Shown here: positions 28,890-38,305 of the stretch, piece after piece
How positions within the stretch are numbered: the first letter of the stretch is position 1
How the letters are laid out: every line of letters begins with the position of its first letter
Translations under genes and position numbers: made by a program
IMG/VR virus record: IMGVR_UViG_3300037294_000081
Coordinates: 1-49,027 of that record
Origin: a virus
Lineage: Duplodnaviria; Caudoviricetes
Strand: one strand, 5' to 3'
DNA: 49,027 nt
Notes under the pieces: model-generated
Told to the model about the DNA's origin: nothing
Database searches by the model: none
The model's input: the letters and a program-made list of their open reading frames with translations, nothing else

Positions 28890-29270
28890 TCGATATCCGC
28901 AGGCCATAACTGGACTGCAACATGCTTGGAATCCTGCATACATCACGTAATCGCATCCACCGAGATCGCCGGTAATTGTCTTCTTTGCCCAGGCTCCTGA
29001 ACCGCCCGGGATACCCCAAGCACAACAGCAAGAGCCTGCTCCGCCGCCTCCGCCGCCCCAAATTTCAAAAGTGATACAAGAGGTGTCAGGCGGCACTTTC
29101 CAATTACACATTATATTTCTACAATAGTTTTGATCTTGCGCATTTCCACACATGCCAAGGAACAGTAATTCTTTTCCGGGTTTCTGCCTATGAACTAGAG
29201 AAGTATGCCCGATATTTGAAATTGTGCCACCACCACCTGCACCTGTAAGTAGACTTCTTAAGGTTGCCAT
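28401..29270 (-). CDS. Cys/Gly-rich paralogue 1 (putative fibre tip/adhesin)
   Basis: Same scaffold; about 27 Cys in 289 aa. Confidence 0.8.
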   Translation of the reverse strand: MATLRSLLTGAGGGGTISNIGHTSLVHRQKPGKELLFLGMCGNAQDQNYCRNIMCNWKVPPDTSCITFEIWGGGGGGAGSCCCAWGIPGGSGAWAKKTITGDLGGCDYVMYAGFQACCSPVMACGYRGCQSYVTGFGLSNFCAEGGYGGCTWCNMFSCFQAPTPAGFGQGCGFCFPIAGCCACYFGADCGVAGCSGGLFTSNCNINSCYYKDIMPVAAGMLSSDRAFVAVRKEGRNSVPNAHSYKAQNGLMGGASLKTPGMGGSSSASEGGNCYCGVSGGGGFIKVSYN

Positions 29271-29274
29271 ATGT

Positions 29275-29607
29275 TTAAGTTCCTGCGATTAACCAGCCAA
29301 ATGTTGCGCCGGTGTATACTAATGTAGCTGAAGCGTTATTAACGTTAATAACTAGGTCCTCTGCTAAATTTTGAATCTTTGCACCGTTTCTAGCAATAGT
29401 GATATTGTTAGTAGCAGAAACTCCGCCAATATCAATGATTTGAATAGTATCATTCTCAAGTAATGATGTACTCAAAGGCAATGTAATTGTAAATTCGGCC
29501 ACGGTTGAACTAGCTAGGATACGATCGTTTACAACAGCCTGATAAGTTGTTGTGACGGTGCGTAACACTGTACTAGATGTTCCGGTTGTTGTGATATATC
29601 TTCCCAT
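29275..29607 (-). CDS. Small fibre/baseplate connector-like protein
   Basis: FTITLP....ND.I.IID..G....NNITIARNG.KI......L.......LVY.....GW module, common at phage fibre ends; TAAATA box at 29629-29634. Confidence 0.65.
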   Translation of the reverse strand: MGRYITTTGTSSTVLRTVTTTYQAVVNDRILASSTVAEFTITLPLSTSLLENDTIQIIDIGGVSATNNITIARNGAKIQNLAEDLVINVNNASATLVYTGATFGWLIAGT

Positions 29608-29634
29608 GTTATTATTTCCTTGACTGTATATTTA

Positions 29635-29955
29635 TTAGATTGTAGAAGTTTCGATACCAAAAGCTACTGCACTGACATTAGCTGCACTTGCTCTGACTAC
29701 GAGCTGACGGCCTTGATCCATTACAATACCTGTTCGTTCTAAAACTCCCTTTGCTCCAACTTCTACATCATATTCGATATATTCTGCATTTGTTGGTGTC
29801 CCTGTTGATGCTACTGCTACCCGCACGCCAATCGGCGAGTTGCCTCGATTGCATATACTTAGACTTACTACACTAAATGTTGTAGATGGGACTGTATATA
29901 CTGTTGTATTGACAGCAGCTGATAAATCAACTGCTCCTAGTCTTCCTGTTGCCAT
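29635..29955 (-). CDS. Small beta-rich virion protein (paralogous to 44091..44423 and 47255..47656)
   Basis: TVYTVP.....V....ICN......VRVA...I.YD.......LERTGIVM pattern. Confidence 0.7.
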   Translation of the reverse strand: MATGRLGAVDLSAAVNTTVYTVPSTTFSVVSLSICNRGNSPIGVRVAVASTGTPTNAEYIEYDVEVGAKGVLERTGIVMDQGRQLVVRASAANVSAVAFGIETSTI

Positions 29956-29967
29956 ATGTTTTCTCCG

Positions 29968-32900
29968 TTATCCTAATAAAAAGTAGTTGAGTGCAACTGG
30001 GCTACCATCAACGCCACCAAGGAAATTTACCTTTGTATTTATGTTGATTTGCACTTCTGTTGTTGTAGTGATGCTGTTTCCTGCAATATAAATCACACCT
30101 GCTGTTAAACTATTAACATTTAGACTTGATCCACCACCGCCAATTTGACTGCTAATATATGCTTTAATAGCACGTTGCGTAGGTATAACATTATCAGAAT
30201 CTGCTGTAAAGAATGGATCTGTACTAAACTCGCTAATATTTGCTCCTGCGCCGCCAAGTGCAACTGAACCTAATTGCAATTCGTTCAACCCTGCTAAGTT
30301 GAACGCATCAGCATTAAGAGTTGCTACCCCTGTTGCTTGTTCTACACTAAACAATCCGCCAACTCGGAAGTTACCGTCTTGATCAGTTGATGTATAAAAT
30401 ACTCGGCCGCCGTTTGCGTTAACAGTTTCTTTTGCAGGATTTGGATCCTGTAATGGTATGCCTGGATAATTTGACAACGTCTTATTTCCAGTACCGATTA
30501 ATAGGAAATCGTGTCCTGTTAATCGTACCTGTGAATACTGTTTACGTAACGAAATGCTTTCCGCATGTTCTGGACTTTCTGCTTCGTTAAGTGCAGGACT
30601 AATCTGCAATCTAGCAGAGTACTCGCCTGATACTGGCCCGATAAATTGAGTTACTTGAACAACTCTATAATAAACATCATCAATCCCTGCAATTTGCAAG
30701 TTAGCGCCCTCTGAAGGACGGGCTGTTAGGTTATTTAAGAACAAGAATGTTCCAATTTGATAAGTATCAGCAAATCCGTCTCCGTCTACTTGAGCAGAAG
30801 CAGATGAATATAGTGTTCCTCTATTGATAAATGACGGGCTAGCTAGCACACCATCTCCAATTCGAATTGTAACAGTTGCATCTGCACCAGTATTATTGGG
30901 GTCAGTAATTGTGATTGACGGTGTTGTTAAGTACCCGCCGCCTGGTTCTTGTAGCCAAATTTGAGTAATTTTATTTTCACTTACATATGATCTTGCACGA
31001 GCTTTTGCTCCAAATGTAGTTGTTAATAGTCTCGTATTATTTGGAGACAATACTATCCATTTTCCGATTCCGTATACTGCTGCTACATAATTTTTACTAA
31101 TTGTCGACGTCATTGCTCCACTACCAGTACTTAATACAAATGTGCTACCTCCACTAGTTTCAGAAATAGTAAATGTTGTTGCACTGTTAACAGTTTTAAT
31201 GTAATATACAGTATCAGCAATCATACTGCCAAATGTTGTTGCATCAAAAACAATAAGGTCGCCCACTGATAATAATTCAGTATTTGTTGTGGTTAGATAA
31301 TTAGTATCTAACACATAGTTAATATACGAACTAACAGTTGATCCGCCAGTACTTACTGCAACAAATTTATTATTTCCGTATGCACTGTTATTCCAGTTGC
31401 TACTACTGATTGCAGGACCTTCGCTCCATGTAATACCGTCTATAGATATCGCAGTTCTTGTACCGCCGTATTCGAAGGCCATAAATAGGCCACCACCGTA
31501 GCTTACGCTGATCCATTTGGCGGCTGCACCTGGCATTGTTGCTGCGGTCCACGTAGTACCGTTAGTACTGTATGCTGCCGATGTTGTTGCTGTTGCACTA
31601 TCCCCTGCTACTGCCACGAACGTGTTATCGCCAAATGCAACACTACTCCATACATCGCTGCTTGGTAAGGTAGTACCTGTAGTCCATGTAATACCATCTG
31701 TAGAATACGCTGCATTTTGTGAGCTTGACACTGCAACAAAGTACGGTGTAGCTTCTGGTGAGCCGTAAGCAACACTTGACCAAGTTTGCGTTCCGATAGT
31801 ACCAGTGATCCAATTTGTGCCGTCTACCGAATATGCTGTTGGATTGGCACCTCCTCCGCCTACTACTACGAATACCCCTTCTCCAAATTCAGCATCATAC
31901 CATGATCGTGCTGCTGGCAAATTGTCTACACCGTTTGTTGATTGGTCTACCCATGTTACTCCGTCGGTACTAGTAGCAATGTTTCTGCTAAAGTTAATAA
32001 ATGCTACATATTTGTTACTGCCGTTATACGCAACAGCAGAGTATTCGTACCCGCCAGTAGACGGAATTGTTACATCTGTCCATGTAGTACCGTCTACAGA
32101 ACTAGCTGCATATCCAATTGCATTATTATCATGGCCTACAGTTACAAACTTAGTGCCTGTCCAGATTATATCAGTCCAGTATCCGCTTGATGGTAAAGTA
32201 GATGTTGTAAATGTTCCAATAATATCTTTAGATGTTGACGTTATTGTTGCAGTGTCGAATGTTGTGTCTTTTGCAGTCCAAATAATACCGTCTTCGGAAG
32301 TTGCGGCTACTGATCCAGTAGCTACTGCATAGAATACACCGTTACCATAACTAACAGTATTCCATTCCAATGATGATGGAAGAGTACTTGCAGTCCAGGT
32401 AGTACCGTTTAAACTATATGCTGTAGCATCACTAGCACTAGATACAGCAACAAACCTATTTTTGCCGTAAGCAACACTAGTCCAAACTTCGGTAGCAGGC
32501 ATAGTGCGTGATGCCCAAGTTGTTCCGTTTATAGAACTTGCGGCCTGCGTCCCATTACTAGATACTGCAACAAATATTCCTTTTCCGTAAACAACACTAG
32601 TCCACTCTTCGTTAGATCCCGGCAATGCTCCAGTTGATGTCCAGCTAGTACCGTTTAAACTATATGCTGCATCGTTACTGCTGTTAGATACCGCTATAAA
32701 TCTACCGTTACCAAAGGTAACAGATGCCCAAGCTGAAGTAGTTGGCATTCCTTGAGTAATCCAATTAATTCCGTCTACTGAACTTGCTGCTGTTCCGGCT
32801 GTGCTAGATATTGCAACGTATATTCCGTTGCCGTTAATAACTCCGTAAGCAACACTGCTCCAACTGCCGCTTGCGATTATGCGAGATTCCCATGTGGTAC

Positions 32901-35900
32901 CGTCTACTGAACTAGCTGCAATAGTACTAGAAGAAGTTGATAGTGCAACAAACTGAGGACTAATAGCATTGCCTGTATGCGAGAATGATACTACTGAATC
33001 GGAGTTTTCTAAATTAATGCTACTAACTGTAATTGTAATATCGTTTGCAGGACTTGTGCCGTCTAAACTTGTTCCTGCAATAGTTAAAACATCGTCTTCT
33101 GCATAGTTAATACCTGCTGCCGATAATGTAACGGTATATAATCCATTTTTACGAGTTACATTAAATGTTGCTAACGTTCCGCTACCACTAGAAGTGCTTG
33201 TAACAGCCGAGTATGTACCTACACTATTTCCGTATGCACCAACACTCCATTCAGCAGCACTTGGTAATTCGGCTATTTTAGTTGTAGTATAAGTAGGCGC
33301 TGCAATATTAAGTCTTGGACTAATAGTGTATGCAGAAGTCACATTCAGTTCAGCTTCGATATCGGTTCCAGGAACAATATGATCCCATCCCGATGTGCCT
33401 GTGCTTTCTTTATTAATTGTTGCAATTTTTGTAGGAGCGTTATATGTAGCAATTACACCGTATTGACCGGCTCCTGTGCCTGTAGTTATATAAATGCTCA
33501 TTCCCACATATGCAACACTTGATGCTATTTCAGTATTAGCTAATGTAATTTGTGTAGTATTACCAGTTTGAGCTAAGTTTGACGCAGTAAGATATCCTAC
33601 ACCGCCTGGCCCTGAACTGTCGCCCGGATCAGTTAATCTGCCTTCGTAAACGCCAGCAAATCTAAATTCATCACCTTCTATTTCAACTCCGTTTCCTGCG
33701 CCACTAATAGTATACGTAGCAGATGTATATTCAACTCCTGCGTTGTTGTATTCAATTGATAATATTTGGTCGCCATCAGTAAACACGTTGCCAATTATAG
33801 CTTCTGTGTTTCTGTTATTTACAGTTCCGATTACTGGATCTTCTGTAACATCTACCCCTTCTGCAACACTACCAAATGTACCATAAGAGTTGTTACCGTT
33901 TGTAGCACGGATCTTACCACCATTTTCTGCCAAATATGCAATATGGTTATAGTACGCAAACACTGATACTAATTCTGCGCGGCCTAGGTTAGTAATCCAT
34001 GCTCCTATTCCGTCACTTAAAATTTGTGTAAAGTCGTTACTAACTATAGAGTCATTTCCGCCAGCGTGCAATGATCCGTCAATTTTCTGTCCAGTACATG
34101 CTGTACCGAACGTAGTAACGTTTTGAACGTAAGTTGATTTATTAGTAATCCATACACGAGTATCGTTCGGTCCCCATCCTGGATCTAATGATACATATGC
34201 GCCAGCTAGCGGCCGGCTAGTTCCAAATTCATTTGCAACTGTTAGGCCTGTTGCAGATCCAGCGCCTGCGGTGTTGCCGTCTGAAGTGCCGTCTAAATCT
34301 GTTAGGGTTTGATTACGGACGCCACCGCCGTTGCGTACATAATACATATCTTCTAGTTTAGAACCACGTAATGCATTTTTGTAATACCTAGATGCAAATA
34401 CTACATAGTAGTTTCCGGTGTACGTCATATCTTCTGCAATAGCAGCAATATAACTAATAACATCGTTTTCACAACGATCAGCAGCATAGAACCATGTTGC
34501 TGACATTGATCCAGTGTCGTCTGAAAGATCAACTGCTGTGCCGTCTAGTGTTAATGATACTTTAAAGGTTGTAGCTGTTAATCCGCTTGCAAGAACATAA
34601 TACGTTGTTCCTTCAGCAACTCCTCCAAATACTCCAGTAAATCTAATAGTATCACCTGCTACTAACCATGATTGTGATGAACAAGTAAATGTATTAGTAG
34701 CACTTGTAGATGCAGAAACTGCGGTCTTAAATGTTTCATTAATATATGCTGTAGCCTCTGCTGCTAGGAATCCTGCATTCAATCGAAGGATAGTTGCACC
34801 ATTAATCATATCAATACTGGTAGTCGGAGTGTTTCTTCCAGTGTTTACTGGAAATGTTTCAGAAGTAACTATACCAATAATATACGACCATAATAAATCG
34901 GCAAATACTACTGCACCACTTGCAGCAATTTCGGAAACTTTTAATCCAATAAAATCAACAACTGCTTGCTGTGCTTCTAATTGTGTCGTTAGCACAACTT
35001 CGGTCGATGCTAACCCTCTTCTATACGATAGTCCGCTTTGGATAGACAAAAAGTTAGAACCAAACATTAGATCATATCCTAATGCATCGACCATGTATCC
35101 TACATCTCGAGAGCACAATGCTTCATCAAAATTTAATGTTGGGAACGATCGTTTAACAAACTGCACAGCATCGGATTGAATTTCTGTTCTAGCACTGGTA
35201 ATTGCCGCTCTAGCTGTGATTAATTCTTCGGCCGGCCATGTAAAGTCTGGAGAAATTGTAGTTGGCGAAATTCCAGTATCGATTGTATCGTAAATTTCTT
35301 GAATGCGTGTCTGTGCTGTTGTTGCAGCAGGTCCGCTACCAGCAGTGCCACTGACATCTTGAGTTAGGCCTGTTGTTTTTGTCCAACCAGCAATATCACC
35401 AGTAGCAATATTATCAATAATATCTTTGATTCTTAATTGTACTGCTAGTGCCGGTGCTTTTTCTATTGTTGGTTCAACAAACGAACCCAAACTGTAATAC
35501 GATCTAGCAGCAATTTCTGTTGCAAGATTTCCACCATACGTTAAATCATATACTAATGCGTCTACAATATATCCTACATCTCGTTCACATGTTGTTTGTT
35601 GTGTACCACCGTAGACAAAATCTACAAACGGACTAATTTCACCAACAATCTGTGCATTAATCCATGCACTTACTTCATCTTGTAAAAATGCCTTGTTGGC
35701 ATCGATCAACCGAGCAGCATTAAAGTACCCCGCAGTAAATGCATTTCCTGATCCACCAGTTGGTGTAGGAAGCACATATGCATCCGGAGTATTATTTGTA
35801 ATAATATCTTTGATCTCGGCGGCATTTGCAATAACAGATGCTAACGCAGTCGAACTTCCAATATCTCCAGCTCGTTGACTTGTAGTGTCTTGAGTAACTG

Positions 35901-38238
35901 TATTACCTGTTGTAGGAGTTACTGTAATATTTTGTATTACATCGCCGGTAATAGTTCGTATGTATGACAATGCAGTTAATGATTTAGCTTTGTCATTATT
36001 AGCCACTAATTTTCCAGCAGGACTAACTCTAGTACTTCTTAATTCGTCGCCAACAACTGAAGTGTTAGCAGGAACTCTAATAGGCAATACCTCATAATAC
36101 TGACCAGTCTTAACATTAATTGTATAGTTCGTTACATCGAGCTGTGGTAAACTATTAAGAGACTGAGTTGTTAATGCTGTTGTAATTACTGAGAGTAAAT
36201 TATTGCAAGTAGTCAATGCATTGCTTTCGGCAGTGTAATCAGTATCAATGATTTGTTTAACAGGCGATACCACTCCGTTTAGTGTTTGATAGTTAACTGC
36301 AGGAGCAGTGTTTGCTAAAATTGCAGTAACTAACGTTGAAATATATCCAAATGCTGCAGAATCTTGCAAATATTCGTCTTGTATGCTATCAATTAATACG
36401 CCAAACGCTGTAAAATACGACTGTGTTGCAGCTACGGTTTTTTCATTTCCAAGGTGAGTCAAGTCATATACAATAGCGTCAACAATAAGGCCAGTATCTC
36501 GCTCACATAATGCAGGGTTATTGTTAATAAATCCTGCCCAAATGCCAGTGTTTAATGTAATCTGCTGATTTACCCATTCGGTTACTTCAGCTTGGATAAA
36601 TGTTCTGTTCGTAGCTAAGAGATGACCAGCATTAGAATTTTCTATACCTTTTTCAATCTGCTCAGCGGCGTATCTGACGCTGGACCATGGTCTATCAATC
36701 GTTAACCCAAATAACGGAGCAGGGGTATTTTCACCGTGAGGAGCAACGTACACAATTTTAGGAATCACTCCGTAATACGACCATTCAGGAACTCCAGAAT
36801 TGCTAACGGTATATACTTGACCGGCTGTTCCAATCGGAAGTCTTGTTGGTCCGGCTCCGCCGTAATAAACAGTATCACCTATAGTTGTTAATACACTTTC
36901 TTCTGGTCCCCCTGATAGCAAGTTCCAATATGTTCCAGTAACATCATTATCAGGTCGAGTTCCTACATCTACAGACGAATGTGCTAAAATACAGATATAA
37001 CTGCTGTTATCGTATCTTACCGCGTCGCCTAGCACATAATCATTCGAGCCAGCCCATGCGGCTTGCCAACGAACTCCGCTGTTTAATCTTTCCCAGTAAG
37101 TTAAATTAGGCGGAATCTGATTTAAATTGTCTACTACTGCAACATAGGTGTATCCGTTTAATCGAATTACATCACCAACACGATATGACGCTGAATCGAC
37201 CCAGTCGTTTTGAAATCTTAAACCAGTAGTATATAATATCCAATCAGTAGCATTGGTAGAAGGTGGGGTTCCGATTAAGGCTGTATGATTTGTTAATGCC
37301 TGGTATGAATACCCGCCGTACGTAACAATATCTCCAGGTTGATAAATGTTTCCTGCAGTCCAAGTACTTTCAAATTCTAGCCCTTCGACATATTGTATCC
37401 AGCGTCCGGAATCTTCGTCACTTTCAAATGTTGTACTAACAGATGACGAGTGAAATGCTGTGCAAATCCAAACTCCGGCACCGTATTTTACAATATCGTT
37501 TATTTTATATCGAATTGTAGCATTACTCCAATTACCTTTGTAATTAGTGCCACGATTCATGTAGTCCCATTTACCTTGGTCTGCTTCTAATCCTGCAGAT
37601 ACTGTACCAGAACTAGTATGCCCTGAATTACAAATGTATGTTGTACCACCGTAAGTTACAATATCGTTAATTTTGTAACGAGTAGTAATACTCCAGTCTC
37701 CAATCCAGTTAAAACTTTCTGCGTAGATATCCCACTTGGCTAAGTCTACTTCTAAACCTGAAGACAAAGTAGCTGCTGATACATGGCCTTCATTACAGAG
37801 GTAACTATTTCCGCCGTACTTAACAATATCGTTTACTTTGTAACGAGTACTTATTTCCCAATTTGTTTTGTAATCAAAGCTTTCTGCATATATGTCCCAA
37901 TCGCTTTGATTAAGTTCTAGGCCGGCTAATAGAGTAGCAGCTGAGGTATGTCCATTATTACAGATATATAGATATCCGCCATATTTGACAATATCATTTT
38001 CTTTGTATATTGTTTCTATAGTCCAGTCAGACTTCCATTCTTGCCCGTCAGTAACCTGATTCCATCTAGTTGGAATATTATCAGTATCTGCATAAAAGTC
38101 TGCATTAGCAATGTGTCCGATTACACACAAATACGTCTTGCCGCCGTATCTAATTATATCGTCTTTATAATAAGTTTGTCCAGTGATCCAGTCACCTTGC
38201 CATACAAACCTAATTCTACCTAGTTTAAATTCAGCCAT
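29968..38238 (-). CDS. Giant modular virion protein (2756 aa)
   Basis: N-terminal tandem W...T.YK.NDIVKYGG..YIC...H repeats (CBM5/12-like), four CxRD-type helical domains, beta-helix-like segment, propeller repeats, C-terminal FYTSTDQDGNFRVG. Confidence 0.9.
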   Translation of the reverse strand: MAEFKLGRIRFVWQGDWITGQTYYKDDIIRYGGKTYLCVIGHIANADFYADTDNIPTRWNQVTDGQEWKSDWTIETIYKENDIVKYGGYLYICNNGHTSAATLLAGLELNQSDWDIYAESFDYKTNWEISTRYKVNDIVKYGGNSYLCNEGHVSAATLSSGLEVDLAKWDIYAESFNWIGDWSITTRYKINDIVTYGGTTYICNSGHTSSGTVSAGLEADQGKWDYMNRGTNYKGNWSNATIRYKINDIVKYGAGVWICTAFHSSSVSTTFESDEDSGRWIQYVEGLEFESTWTAGNIYQPGDIVTYGGYSYQALTNHTALIGTPPSTNATDWILYTTGLRFQNDWVDSASYRVGDVIRLNGYTYVAVVDNLNQIPPNLTYWERLNSGVRWQAAWAGSNDYVLGDAVRYDNSSYICILAHSSVDVGTRPDNDVTGTYWNLLSGGPEESVLTTIGDTVYYGGAGPTRLPIGTAGQVYTVSNSGVPEWSYYGVIPKIVYVAPHGENTPAPLFGLTIDRPWSSVRYAAEQIEKGIENSNAGHLLATNRTFIQAEVTEWVNQQITLNTGIWAGFINNNPALCERDTGLIVDAIVYDLTHLGNEKTVAATQSYFTAFGVLIDSIQDEYLQDSAAFGYISTLVTAILANTAPAVNYQTLNGVVSPVKQIIDTDYTAESNALTTCNNLLSVITTALTTQSLNSLPQLDVTNYTINVKTGQYYEVLPIRVPANTSVVGDELRSTRVSPAGKLVANNDKAKSLTALSYIRTITGDVIQNITVTPTTGNTVTQDTTSQRAGDIGSSTALASVIANAAEIKDIITNNTPDAYVLPTPTGGSGNAFTAGYFNAARLIDANKAFLQDEVSAWINAQIVGEISPFVDFVYGGTQQTTCERDVGYIVDALVYDLTYGGNLATEIAARSYYSLGSFVEPTIEKAPALAVQLRIKDIIDNIATGDIAGWTKTTGLTQDVSGTAGSGPAATTAQTRIQEIYDTIDTGISPTTISPDFTWPAEELITARAAITSARTEIQSDAVQFVKRSFPTLNFDEALCSRDVGYMVDALGYDLMFGSNFLSIQSGLSYRRGLASTEVVLTTQLEAQQAVVDFIGLKVSEIAASGAVVFADLLWSYIIGIVTSETFPVNTGRNTPTTSIDMINGATILRLNAGFLAAEATAYINETFKTAVSASTSATNTFTCSSQSWLVAGDTIRFTGVFGGVAEGTTYYVLASGLTATTFKVSLTLDGTAVDLSDDTGSMSATWFYAADRCENDVISYIAAIAEDMTYTGNYYVVFASRYYKNALRGSKLEDMYYVRNGGGVRNQTLTDLDGTSDGNTAGAGSATGLTVANEFGTSRPLAGAYVSLDPGWGPNDTRVWITNKSTYVQNVTTFGTACTGQKIDGSLHAGGNDSIVSNDFTQILSDGIGAWITNLGRAELVSVFAYYNHIAYLAENGGKIRATNGNNSYGTFGSVAEGVDVTEDPVIGTVNNRNTEAIIGNVFTDGDQILSIEYNNAGVEYTSATYTISGAGNGVEIEGDEFRFAGVYEGRLTDPGDSSGPGGVGYLTASNLAQTGNTTQITLANTEIASSVAYVGMSIYITTGTGAGQYGVIATYNAPTKIATINKESTGTSGWDHIVPGTDIEAELNVTSAYTISPRLNIAAPTYTTTKIAELPSAAEWSVGAYGNSVGTYSAVTSTSSGSGTLATFNVTRKNGLYTVTLSAAGINYAEDDVLTIAGTSLDGTSPANDITITVSSINLENSDSVVSFSHTGNAISPQFVALSTSSSTIAASSVDGTTWESRIIASGSWSSVAYGVINGNGIYVAISSTAGTAASSVDGINWITQGMPTTSAWASVTFGNGRFIAVSNSSNDAAYSLNGTSWTSTGALPGSNEEWTSVVYGKGIFVAVSSNGTQAASSINGTTWASRTMPATEVWTSVAYGKNRFVAVSSASDATAYSLNGTTWTASTLPSSLEWNTVSYGNGVFYAVATGSVAATSEDGIIWTAKDTTFDTATITSTSKDIIGTFTTSTLPSSGYWTDIIWTGTKFVTVGHDNNAIGYAASSVDGTTWTDVTIPSTGGYEYSAVAYNGSNKYVAFINFSRNIATSTDGVTWVDQSTNGVDNLPAARSWYDAEFGEGVFVVVGGGGANPTAYSVDGTNWITGTIGTQTWSSVAYGSPEATPYFVAVSSSQNAAYSTDGITWTTGTTLPSSDVWSSVAFGDNTFVAVAGDSATATTSAAYSTNGTTWTAATMPGAAAKWISVSYGGGLFMAFEYGGTRTAISIDGITWSEGPAISSSNWNNSAYGNNKFVAVSTGGSTVSSYINYVLDTNYLTTTNTELLSVGDLIVFDATTFGSMIADTVYYIKTVNSATTFTISETSGGSTFVLSTGSGAMTSTISKNYVAAVYGIGKWIVLSPNNTRLLTTTFGAKARARSYVSENKITQIWLQEPGGGYLTTPSITITDPNNTGADATVTIRIGDGVLASPSFINRGTLYSSASAQVDGDGFADTYQIGTFLFLNNLTARPSEGANLQIAGIDDVYYRVVQVTQFIGPVSGEYSARLQISPALNEAESPEHAESISLRKQYSQVRLTGHDFLLIGTGNKTLSNYPGIPLQDPNPAKETVNANGGRVFYTSTDQDGNFRVGGLFSVEQATGVATLNADAFNLAGLNELQLGSVALGGAGANISEFSTDPFFTADSDNVIPTQRAIKAYISSQIGGGGSSLNVNSLTAGVIYIAGNSITTTTEVQININTKVNFLGGVDGSPVALNYFLLG

Positions 38239-38305
38239 CTATAACTCCGTTTTGCAGTTTATGTATTTATTATCTTTAAAAGATATCACTTTATAGTAAA
38301 TCTTT

